DNA from: Candidatus Omnitrophota bacterium
Lineage (GTDB): Bacteria > Omnitrophota > Gorgyraeia > Zapsychrales > Zapsychraceae
Length of the DNA stretch: 64,000 bases
NCBI GenBank assembly: GCA_021108075.1
Contig: JAIORP010000068.1
Span: forward strand, 10,594-74,593
Direction: 5' to 3'
The first letter of the stretch is position 1, and each line of letters begins with the position of its first letter. The translations under genes were made by a program, and so were the position numbers. This document shows, in pieces, positions 1-8,685 of this stretch. The notes beneath the pieces were generated by a model. That model made no database searches. It was not told the origin of the DNA and saw only the letters and a program-made list of their open reading frames with translations.

Positions 1-1
1 A

Positions 2-847
2 TGGGCCCAGGAAGGGTATCATTTTCTGGATACCTTTTTTGATCTGAATAAAAAGTACTATGGTGCTGGTTTGAATTTTGTTGATTTCGCGACAAAAACC
101 GAAGACGCACGGAAAACCATAAATATCTGGGTGGAGAATAAAACACAGCAGAAAATTAAAGAATTAATCAAACCACCCATGATTGATTCACTTACATCAT
201 TGGTCCTCTGTAACGCGATTTATTTCAAGGGCGACTGGTTAAGCCGATTCGATAAAAAAAGAACAATGGATGCTGATTTTTATGTTTCTCCTGATGAAGT
301 CATCAAGGTTCCCATGATGAGTCAGAAATCAAAATTTAAATTTAAAGATTTCGATGGCTTTAGCGCTATAGAGTTGCCGTATGAAGGCAATGATTTGTCT
401 ATGATTGTCTTTTTGCCTAAAGAAATTGGCGGCTTAGTAGAGTTTGAAAGCATCTTAATAAATGACAATGTGGAAAATTGGATAGACAAACTCTCTCATT
501 CACCCGGGTCAGAAATATTCGTAAGTTTACCTAAATTTAAAACCACATGTGAGTTTGAATTAGCAGATGTACTTGCTGAAATGGGCATGCCGCATGCGTT
601 TGCCGGCGCGGATTTTTCAGGAATGACCGGCCAAAAAGACCTTTTCATCAGTAAGGTTATTCACAAAGCTTTCGTGGATGTCAATGAAGAGGGCACAGAA
701 GCTGCCGCGGCGACAGCGGTTGTTATGACAAGATGCATTAGCCGCCCCCTGACGTTTCGGGCCGATCACCCTTTTGTGTTCTTGATACGTGATAATATGA
801 CGGGGAGTATTTTATTTATTGGAAGGATTGTTGATCCAGTAAAATAA
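2..847 (+). CDS. serpin (serine protease inhibitor) family protein, 5'-truncated by window edge
   Basis: Reading frame is open from nt 2. Serpin signatures are present: NAIYFKGDW, hinge EEGTEAAAATAVV and C-terminal FRADHPFVFLIRD. The protein would be about 400 aa if complete. Confidence 0.85.
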   Translation, partial: WAQEGYHFLDTFFDLNKKYYGAGLNFVDFATKTEDARKTINIWVENKTQQKIKELIKPPMIDSLTSLVLCNAIYFKGDWLSRFDKKRTMDADFYVSPDEVIKVPMMSQKSKFKFKDFDGFSAIELPYEGNDLSMIVFLPKEIGGLVEFESILINDNVENWIDKLSHSPGSEIFVSLPKFKTTCEFELADVLAEMGMPHAFAGADFSGMTGQKDLFISKVIHKAFVDVNEEGTEAAAATAVVMTRCISRPLTFRADHPFVFLIRDNMTGSILFIGRIVDPVK

Positions 848-1082
848 AGAGCGTGCAACACCTGTAATGTCCTCGTTGTCAGGAGAAAAGACTTATCCTT
901 CGAAGATTTTCAATAATTTTTTAGGGTCATAAAGAAATTATTTTATCGTTTTTGTTTTGGCTTTGTTTCAAAAAGTTGGTTAAAAGGTCGGTAAAGCCTT
1001 GAGAGCACCAATTTTCCTTCATGCTTCGGCAGCTTCGCCGTCTGCGCAAGTCCGCTTGTTAGTGTATGTTATGTGTGTAATA

Positions 1083-1171
1083 ATACCGATTCACTGCATT
1101 AAATAATGACCAAAACCGATTCTGTTTTTCAGAATTAAAATAGAACAATTTATTAATGGATTTGGTATAAA
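1083..1171. repeat. MITE/REP-like palindromic intergenic repeat, copy A
   Basis: TACCGATTCACTGCATTAAATAATGACCAAAACC...AATTCTGtttttCAGAATT...ATTAATGGATTTGGTATA. Confidence 0.8.
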
Positions 1172-1339
1172 TGCCAGCGGTTTATTCTTAAATATATGGT
1201 GTGTATATACTTATGCCATATTAAGTCATTGACGGTATTTAAAAAAAAGAGGAACGGGGGGATCGTTCCGTCAAAAATATTTGTGATATAATGATCAACG
1301 AGAAAACGGTTTTAACCGTCCTACTTAAAGGTGAATTTA

Positions 1340-1981
1340 ATGATAGATCAGAACGAAAAAAAAGTTGTCATTTTTTTATTAATAACCATTTTATTGTTGG
1401 GAATGCTATGCTTATTTTTTAACGATCTTTTTTTCTTGATTTTAAGTGAGGATCATATTGTTGAGTCTATGACTTCAATCCTTTATCTTCTTAGTTCATG
1501 TTTTTTCCTTTTGCTGTTCCTGAAGTCGCGCAGAAAAATACATATAATTTTTTCTTTAATATTATTTATTTTTTGTCTTGAAGAGATAAGTTATGGCCAG
1601 AGGTTTTTTGGATATGAGACGCCTTTATTTATGTCTAAGATCAATGTCCAGGATGAAGTGAATATACACAATACAATATTTTTTAATTCTGAGATAATTT
1701 TTCATTTTTCTCTATTGGTATATTTTGTGTTTATTCCTTTGATGAATAGAAGCAGGATGAAGACTTTTTTTAAGAAAATTGGTTTGATTGTCCCGTCTAT
1801 TTATTATTCCCCTTTTATGGGTGTATTTTTTTCTTTATTATGGATTGATTATATGCTTGGTAAAATTAACATAGAGGAAATTTCTGAGCTTATCGTCAGT
1901 TTGTTGTTTTTTTTTACTGCCTATTTTTCTTTTCGCGGATCTCGCTTAGAATATAGCAAAATAAGGAAAAGCGAGGATTAA
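1340..1981 (+). CDS. hypothetical polytopic membrane protein (F/L/I-rich)
   Basis: Long ORF with an RBS-like AAAGGTGA 5 nt upstream of ATG 1340 (alternative GTG at 1331). Several hydrophobic segments. No recognisable family. Confidence 0.45.
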   Translation: MIDQNEKKVVIFLLITILLLGMLCLFFNDLFFLILSEDHIVESMTSILYLLSSCFFLLLFLKSRRKIHIIFSLILFIFCLEEISYGQRFFGYETPLFMSKINVQDEVNIHNTIFFNSEIIFHFSLLVYFVFIPLMNRSRMKTFFKKIGLIVPSIYYSPFMGVFFSLLWIDYMLGKINIEEISELIVSLLFFFTAYFSFRGSRLEYSKIRKSED

Positions 1982-2246
1982 TTGCGGTGTGAAACAGAAA
2001 GCTCAGGAGAAGATTCGTTGTTTAAGTCTGTGGATGACCATAGCCGGAGAAAAGACGAAATAACCAGTGTCTGTCCGTGTATACCCAAAGCGAAGAAAGA
2101 AATATCATTTTAAAAAATATTTAAGTCCCACGTCGAGCATCTTTTCGTGAGTGGTTTTTTGATTGTGGCAATATGTGATGATTAACATCCATAGCAAAGC
2201 GATATGGTGCGCGGATCGGCGTTTTGTTGAAAAATGAGAAATCCTG

Positions 2247-3377
2247 ATGGATAAAACAGTTCATATTTATCAAAATAAAGGATATGATATTGTGGACATT
2301 AAGAAGTCCCTTTATCACTATTTTGACCGCAAATTTCATTTTAATAATAAGAAGGTTTTACTTAAGCCGAATTTGCTGAAAGCCGCTGCTCCTGAGGCGC
2401 ATGTCACAACACATCCCATTCTCATAGAAGCCCTGGTTCAGTATATTCTGGATATGGGGGGCAAATGTGTGATCGGTGACAGCCCCGCCGGGTGGGGGAT
2501 CGCGCATGTGAAACACGTTGCGGATGTCACGGGCATGACGAACATCTGCGATAAATATAACATCGCGTTCAGTTATTTTGATGCCACTGAAATGCGGAAA
2601 ATGATCATTAAGACGGGCGTTGTGTTTAAAGAGATATTTGTCGCTGAGAATTATTTTGACTGTGATTATGTGATCAATGTGCCCAAACTCAAAACGCATT
2701 CGTTAACGGTTTTTACTCTGGGTGTTAAGAATATGCTCGGTGTTGTGCCTGGTTTACACAAGAAACTTTTTCATGAAAAAGGTCAAGACCCGAAACGCTT
2801 CGCGCAGGCCATATGCGACCTTTTTTCTGTTGTTCAGCCTAACGTAACGGTTTTAGATGGTATCATTGGAATGCATCGAAATGGTCCGGCCAATGGCGAC
2901 CCCATTCCTTTAGGGCGGATATTTATAAGTGAACAGACAAACGCCCTGGACGCGGTTGTCTGTCGCATGTGTGGTGTTGATCCGTTGCAGGTTCCGATTA
3001 CCCGGGCTGTTCATGAACGTGGAATAGGAGACATCCATAATATCCCTGTCCAGAAAGAATACAGCGACCATGATGACGCGTTCAAATCGTTTCAGTTGCA
3101 CAAAATATACAAATTGCGGACGAACCTTCCGGTTCAAGTTTTTTGTTGCCTTTTCGCCCTATTTAAATACAAGCCGAAGATCAATACAAGTGCTTGCACG
3201 AAATGCCACAAATGTGTCGTCATCTGCCCCACTGGAGCGTTATCTCGAACTGAATCCTACCCGCAATTGGATCTGGATAAATGTGTGCGTTGTTTTTGTT
3301 GCTGCGAAATCTGTCCGACAGGGGCAATGTCAGTCGATAAGAATTTTTTTGCGAAACTCGTTAATGAATATCAATGA
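2247..3377 (+). CDS. DUF362-like protein with C-terminal 2x[4Fe-4S] ferredoxin domain
   Basis: N-terminal region matches the DUF362 family pattern (KPNLL..., CVIGDSP). Two CxxCxxCxxxCP motifs are present: CTKCHKCVVICP and CVRCFCCCEICP. Confidence 0.7.
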   Translation: MDKTVHIYQNKGYDIVDIKKSLYHYFDRKFHFNNKKVLLKPNLLKAAAPEAHVTTHPILIEALVQYILDMGGKCVIGDSPAGWGIAHVKHVADVTGMTNICDKYNIAFSYFDATEMRKMIIKTGVVFKEIFVAENYFDCDYVINVPKLKTHSLTVFTLGVKNMLGVVPGLHKKLFHEKGQDPKRFAQAICDLFSVVQPNVTVLDGIIGMHRNGPANGDPIPLGRIFISEQTNALDAVVCRMCGVDPLQVPITRAVHERGIGDIHNIPVQKEYSDHDDAFKSFQLHKIYKLRTNLPVQVFCCLFALFKYKPKINTSACTKCHKCVVICPTGALSRTESYPQLDLDKCVRCFCCCEICPTGAMSVDKNFFAKLVNEYQ

Positions 3378-3517
3378 CAGTAAAATCAGATGGGAAAATG
3401 CCATTACCCGAGGCAGTGTTATGTGAACCACTTAGTAAGCTTTTTTAGGTAGCGACGGGGTTGTGTTGTTCATGGGGCACGTAATAGAACTTTTTATAAC
3501 GCTTGACAATTAATTTT

Positions 3518-3907
3518 ATGAGTCCAGGAAAGACAAAACCAAATCTTCTGCTGGTCATTCCTAATGTGCCGGCCAGTTCATGTCTGAATTCTTTAGCCGC
3601 AGGCATTACCCAACCGCTGGGAATGGCCTATGTTGCTAATTTTATTCGACAGAAGGGTTATTCCGTTATGATTCTGGGCAATTGTGTCGATCAATTATCT
3701 ACAGATGAGTTTGCGGAATACCTTCATGTCGTTAATCCTGATATAATTGGCTTCACGGCAACAACGACGACACTCTCATCCGCTGACCGATACGCAAGAA
3801 TATGTAAAGAAGTGGTGGTTAATGATTATCTGTTTTCTGTTTCGGGTAACAAAAATAGATCTTCTTATTCAAAAGGGTGTCATCATCGCCGTCCTGAAGA
3901 AAAATGA
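3518..3907 (+). pseudogene. B12-binding-domain-only fragment of a class-B radical SAM paralog (no radical SAM core follows)
   Basis: Aligns with N-termini of the 13658 and 18527 proteins (PLGMAYVANFIRQKGYSV, IIGFTATTTT). Terminates after about 130 aa. A full-length paralog follows at 4044. Confidence 0.5.
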
Positions 3908-4043
3908 ACAGTAACGGAAAAAATTTTTATGCCAACAAAGACTTGATTTAAAGCGGGATGATTTTGACGCTATCAAAAGAAGATGTTATTAATATTTTAG
4001 AAAGGATCAACACAGCCATACAAGAGCTTAACGAATAAAAGAC

Positions 4044-5468
4044 ATGAAAATTCTTCTCTTACAACCATATGTTCAGCATGAAATTTCACACATGTGCATA
4101 AAATCCATTGATAAGGAGAAAGGCTTCTTCCCTCCTCTGGGTTTACTTTATATCGCAACATATTTGAAAAAACACACGGCGCATGAGGTGCGGGTCCTTG
4201 ATTGCAACACGGAACATATTGACGTGCCCCGTTTAGAAACGGTCTTACTCGAATTTCAACCGGATATCGTCGGTGTTTCGACGATCACGCATCATCTCAT
4301 TGACGCTTACGCGGCAGCGGCCGTCATTAAAAAGATATCAACGGACATCATCACTGTTTTCGGAGGAGCGCACGCCAGCATTTATCCTATAACCACGGTT
4401 GAAAATTCGAACATTGATTATGCGATCCGCGGAGAAGGAGAGATCGTTTTCACGGAATTGGTGCGGGCCATTGAGCAAAATAAAAGTTTAGCTGAGATTT
4501 CAGCCATTCCCGGGATCGCCACTAAATATTTGGCCAAACGCGGCCTGAAAAACGGAGATATCCAGCGGCTTTTTATTGATGATTTAGACAGCCTTCCCTC
4601 GCCTGACCGGACACTTGTTCCGTATAAGAAGTATCATAATATTCTTTCTCCCAACCGGTATATGACAACCATGTTTACCACCCGGGGGTGCCCGTATCAT
4701 TGCGTCTTTTGTAATCGTATGGGACGAAAAGTGCGTTCTTTGTCGCCGGGTAAGGTGTTATCTGAGATAGAAACCCTGCTTAAGCTGGGGATCAATGAAA
4801 TATTTTTTAAAGATGACACGTTTACTATCGATCAAGACCGCGTCAAATTGATTTGCAAAGGCATTATTGACCGTAATTACGCGTTTACCTGGCAGGTCCG
4901 CACAAGGGCTGACTGTTTTGATTTTGAATTGCTTTCCTTGATGAAAAAAGCCGGTTGCAGCAGGATCAGCTTTGGGATTGAAAGTGGAGATCCTCATATT
5001 TTAAAAATGCTGCGAAAAGAACTTGATTTTGAACTGGCGCGAAATGTTGTTCAATGGTGCCGTCAACTGGGCATCCAGACCTTAGCGAATTATATTATCG
5101 GGTGTCCGGGTGAAACCAAAAAAGAAATTCATAAGACATTGTTGTTTGCTGAAAGATTAGGAACGGACTATGCCTTGTTTTTTATCCTCAGCCTGTACCC
5201 GGACACAGATTTATACCGGCAAGCCATGGCGTCAGGCCTTGTGCCGGGAGATGTTTGGCTGGATTTCGCTAAAAATCCAACCAGGGCGTTCATCGCGCCG
5301 ATATGGAATGAAAATTTTTCCAGAGAGGAACTCGAAGAAATATCAAAGAATATCCACAAAAGATTTTTTATACGGCCGGGTCTCATCCTGCGCGAAATGA
5401 AAAAAATAGAGAGCCCCAATGAATTTATAAAAAAAGTCAGGGCCGCGTGGAATTTATGGCAGGCATAG
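4044..5468 (+). CDS. B12-binding (class B) radical SAM enzyme
   Basis: N-terminal cobalamin-binding-like domain (PPLGLLYIATYLKKH, VFGGAHAS). Radical SAM motif TTRGCPYHCVFCN (CxxxCxxC). Confidence 0.9.
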   Translation: MKILLLQPYVQHEISHMCIKSIDKEKGFFPPLGLLYIATYLKKHTAHEVRVLDCNTEHIDVPRLETVLLEFQPDIVGVSTITHHLIDAYAAAAVIKKISTDIITVFGGAHASIYPITTVENSNIDYAIRGEGEIVFTELVRAIEQNKSLAEISAIPGIATKYLAKRGLKNGDIQRLFIDDLDSLPSPDRTLVPYKKYHNILSPNRYMTTMFTTRGCPYHCVFCNRMGRKVRSLSPGKVLSEIETLLKLGINEIFFKDDTFTIDQDRVKLICKGIIDRNYAFTWQVRTRADCFDFELLSLMKKAGCSRISFGIESGDPHILKMLRKELDFELARNVVQWCRQLGIQTLANYIIGCPGETKKEIHKTLLFAERLGTDYALFFILSLYPDTDLYRQAMASGLVPGDVWLDFAKNPTRAFIAPIWNENFSREELEEISKNIHKRFFIRPGLILREMKKIESPNEFIKKVRAAWNLWQA

Positions 5469-5543
5469 ATGCCAGAACAGTCAGAATGACTTTGATGATT
5501 ATTTAACAAAATTGGTATAAATCAGTAAAAAATATAACTTTTT

Positions 5544-6551
5544 ATGAGAAAATTAATTTTAGTCACAGGTGGAACGGGTTTTATCGGACGGCATTTAGTC
5601 CAAGCCCTGGTTAACGCGGGTAAAAGGATCCGATGCCTTGTCCTGCCTAATAGCGATATAACCGTTTTAAAAAAAATGAGCGTTGAGATTGTTTACGGCG
5701 ATGTTTTAGACCTCCGTTCATTACAAAAAGCTGTTGAGGGGGTCGAGATCGTCTATCACCTTGCAGCGTATGTGCGTCCGTACAGGAATTTTTACCAGTT
5801 GCATAAGTTTTCTGATAGTTTCGATGACGTGAATGTGTTAGGAACACAAAATTTGGCGGATGTGTGCTGTGAAAGTCATGTCCAACGTTTTATTTTTTAT
5901 AGCAGCATTGCTGTCGCCGGGTTAGGTGAAGGGCATACGGAAGCCTCGGTTTGTGAACCGATCACGACATACGGCCAGAGCAAGTTAAAGGCTGAAAAAT
6001 ATTTGATGGCGCTTTATGAATCCAAGAATTTTCCCGTGGTTATTCTTCGTCCAGGGCAGGTTTTCGGCCCTGCGAACATGCCTATGTTAACACTGTTTCG
6101 TTTTGTTAGAAGAGGGGTCCTACCATCTTTTGGCCCTGGAACAAACCGCATACCATTTTGTTTTGTTGATAATTTAATCCATGCGACTTTATCAGCCGAA
6201 AGTAAGGGGTCGATTGGGACACAGTACTACATTTTTGATGAACACCTGACCCTGCGCGGCTTTTCTCTTCTGATTGCTGAAGCGCTGGGTGTTCAATTGT
6301 CGCGCTTTTATATCCCTAAATATTTGGCGGTGCTTGGTATAACCCTGAAGGAACTGATTGAGAAAGTCATTCGGGTTCGCATTTGCCCGTTGAGGATGGA
6401 TATCAGCAGTGAAACGATCAAGATTGCCACGAATAATTGGACATTTTCTAATGAAAAGTCGATCAAAGAACTGGAATATCAATCACAGATTTCATTGAAG
6501 GAAGGAGTTGAGAAAACGGTGCAATGGTATCGTGAACGTGGTTATTTATGA
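5544..6551 (+). CDS. NAD-dependent epimerase/dehydratase (SDR family)
   Basis: Rossmann motif VTGGTGFIGRHL. Catalytic YGQSK (YxxxK). Confidence 0.85.
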   Translation: MRKLILVTGGTGFIGRHLVQALVNAGKRIRCLVLPNSDITVLKKMSVEIVYGDVLDLRSLQKAVEGVEIVYHLAAYVRPYRNFYQLHKFSDSFDDVNVLGTQNLADVCCESHVQRFIFYSSIAVAGLGEGHTEASVCEPITTYGQSKLKAEKYLMALYESKNFPVVILRPGQVFGPANMPMLTLFRFVRRGVLPSFGPGTNRIPFCFVDNLIHATLSAESKGSIGTQYYIFDEHLTLRGFSLLIAEALGVQLSRFYIPKYLAVLGITLKELIEKVIRVRICPLRMDISSETIKIATNNWTFSNEKSIKELEYQSQISLKEGVEKTVQWYRERGYL

Positions 6552-6734
6552 TGTGGAGATAGATTTTTTTAAATAAATTCGGATCAATACCTTTCCCCAC
6601 CCAGTATGATGGTGCTTGAATTCCCCGCAGATGAATTGGAATCAATGTGAAATTTTTTTTTTTTGAATCAGACATTTTAGTGATATATTAATATTTATGT
6701 CTTATAATAATATTTCTATTTATAACAGGTCAAT

Positions 6735-7730
6735 ATGGATAAGTATTTTTTAAATATTCGTCGATTTATTTTGTTGTACAATATTTTTATTCGCAGGGTG
6801 CGCTTAAAGGGGCATACTCAAATGTTGAAGTATGCGTTTAAACGTCTTTTTTTAAGACAGGAAATCCCCATGACGATCATGATCGCGTTAACTTATCGCT
6901 GCCAGTGCCGATGCGTGCATTGCTCGGCTTCGGACCTTTCTGATCAAGCGGGAGAGGAATTGACAACCGCAGAATGTCGGGATGTGATTCGTGAAGCGAG
7001 TGAGCGCGGATTTATTAAAGTCGGCATCACGGGTGGAGAGCCTTTATTACGCGATGATATTGTTGAGATTGTACATTTCGCGTACCGAACAGGGATGAGT
7101 GTCTCTATTGATACGAACGGAATCCTTTTGACGGAACAGATGGTCCGTGAATTAAAAGATGCCGGGATTACGAATATCAATGTCAGTTTAGACCATCCGG
7201 ACGAGAAATATCACAATCGTCTGCGCAGATACAAGAACTGTTTTAAACATGCGCTGGAGGGCATCGATCATTGTGTTCAGCAGAGAATTCCCTGTGTTGT
7301 GTCAACGTATATTACGGATCGGTCTTTTGAAAACAATGAGTTGGATAAAATGATTGCTCTGGCAAAAGAGTTAAAATCGACGGCCGTGCGCTGCCTTTTT
7401 CCTATTCATTCAGGGAAATTCAGTCAGAAAAAAAGGTCATTGCTGTCGCCCGTGAATAAACAGAAGTTTTTTGACACTTACGCGGATGGTTCTTTTGTTT
7501 ATTCGGAGAGTCCGATGTTCGATTTTCAGACGGGACAGTTAGAATGTTCCGCTCTAAAGAAATTGTCTGTTTATTTGACAGCCTATGGAGACCTTAAATA
7601 TTGTCATGTTTCAAATAATGTTTTGGGAAATATTCGATCAGAGTCTTTATCCGAAATACTGAACAGGAATGAATATTCTTCCCCTGAGAACCGGATTAAA
7701 TTAAATTGTCAAACGTTTCACGATCAATAG
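6735..7730 (+). CDS. radical SAM enzyme, SPASM/twitch-type (AslB/PqqE-like fold)
   Basis: CQCRCVHC (CxxxCxxC) and GITGGEPLLRDDI. Cys-rich C-terminus. Paralog of 27510 and of the C-terminal half of 8686. Start ambiguous; in-frame alternative at about 6822. Confidence 0.8.
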   Translation: MDKYFLNIRRFILLYNIFIRRVRLKGHTQMLKYAFKRLFLRQEIPMTIMIALTYRCQCRCVHCSASDLSDQAGEELTTAECRDVIREASERGFIKVGITGGEPLLRDDIVEIVHFAYRTGMSVSIDTNGILLTEQMVRELKDAGITNINVSLDHPDEKYHNRLRRYKNCFKHALEGIDHCVQQRIPCVVSTYITDRSFENNELDKMIALAKELKSTAVRCLFPIHSGKFSQKKRSLLSPVNKQKFFDTYADGSFVYSESPMFDFQTGQLECSALKKLSVYLTAYGDLKYCHVSNNVLGNIRSESLSEILNRNEYSSPENRIKLNCQTFHDQ

Positions 7731-7748
7731 TTCTTTGCTGAGAAAGTT

Positions 7749-8588
7749 ATGGTTTACGATAAAAGCAGATCAGCCTCAAAAAAAATCAGTCTGTTGTATT
7801 CTGGCGGATGCGATTCAACTTTGTCTGCGTCCATCCTGGCTAAAGACTTCGAAGAAATTCATCTGGTAACTTTCAAGCATTATGCGACCTGGAATGTCGG
7901 AAGGTCCAGAATAAATGTTCAGAAGTTAAGGGTTGAAAACAAACAGGTCCGATTCATACATGTTTTTTTGAACACTTCCGGGTTGTTTTATAATATTCAG
8001 AAAGGATTTTTTAACGATCGCGCAATGTTGCCCTATTTTCCGTTATATATTTGTGGAGCCTGTAAGCTAGCCATGCATACGGATTTGATTTGTTATAATT
8101 TGGCCCATGATATCACTTTTGCCTCCAGTGGGGCTTCCCACGAAATGAGTATGTTTCCGGCGCAAACCGAGGGAGGGCTGAGCCATCTTGAGAAGTACTA
8201 TGCTGAATATGGCATGCAATTGATGAGTCCCGTCTACCGGAAGAAGAACGTTGATGTTGAGGCTATTGAAAAGGGTCTTCTCGAGCCCCGGCATCTAAAA
8301 AAAAAACATAAAGCAAGCTGGAATAAGTTATCAGATTTATATGTCCCTATAAAGAATGTTATTGATAATACTCAGGGATTTTGTTTTTGGATCGCGGCTG
8401 TTGATATTTATATCGCCCGGGAACAAAAGAAGAGCCGTCTTAGCCGGACACAACAAGTAAGTCGTGTATCAAAATTTTCACAGCAATATTATCAAAAAAA
8501 AATTGATGATATTTGTAGAAAATATATTGAATTAAGTCAAAAGAAGCAGAAGCGCAAACAAATTAATCATACCAAATTCATTGTTTAA
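7749..8588 (+). CDS. PP-loop ATP pyrophosphatase family protein (QueC/LarE-like)
   Basis: N-terminal SGGCDS PP-loop motif. Lys-rich C-terminal tail. Confidence 0.6.
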   Translation: MVYDKSRSASKKISLLYSGGCDSTLSASILAKDFEEIHLVTFKHYATWNVGRSRINVQKLRVENKQVRFIHVFLNTSGLFYNIQKGFFNDRAMLPYFPLYICGACKLAMHTDLICYNLAHDITFASSGASHEMSMFPAQTEGGLSHLEKYYAEYGMQLMSPVYRKKNVDVEAIEKGLLEPRHLKKKHKASWNKLSDLYVPIKNVIDNTQGFCFWIAAVDIYIAREQKKSRLSRTQQVSRVSKFSQQYYQKKIDDICRKYIELSQKKQKRKQINHTKFIV

Positions 8589-8597
8589 TGTTCTATT

Positions 8598-8673
8598 TCA
8601 ATTCTGATATTCTTGCTAAAGCGTCGAGAAAAGCAGAATTGATTTTGGTAATTATTTAATGGAATTGGTATCA
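8598..8673. repeat. MITE/REP-like repeat, copy D (variant with GCGTCGAGAAAAGCAGAATT core)
   Basis: ...GCGTCGAGAAAAGCAGAATTGATTTTGGTAATTATTTAATGGAATTGGTAT. Confidence 0.75.
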
Positions 8674-8685
8674 ACAGGAAAATAG

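Noticed and set aside
2358-2699. Minus-strand ORFs of 60-136 aa throughout the window (for example 2358-2699, 5168-5509, 42424-42759, 50412-50822, 56027-56428)
   Set aside because: All lie entirely inside well-supported plus-strand genes and have no RBS, family similarity or codon-periodicity support. They are treated as shadow ORFs.
3070-3426. 118-aa plus-strand ORF
   Set aside because: It is an out-of-frame overlap of the DUF362/ferredoxin gene, whose Cys-motif frame is clearly the real one.
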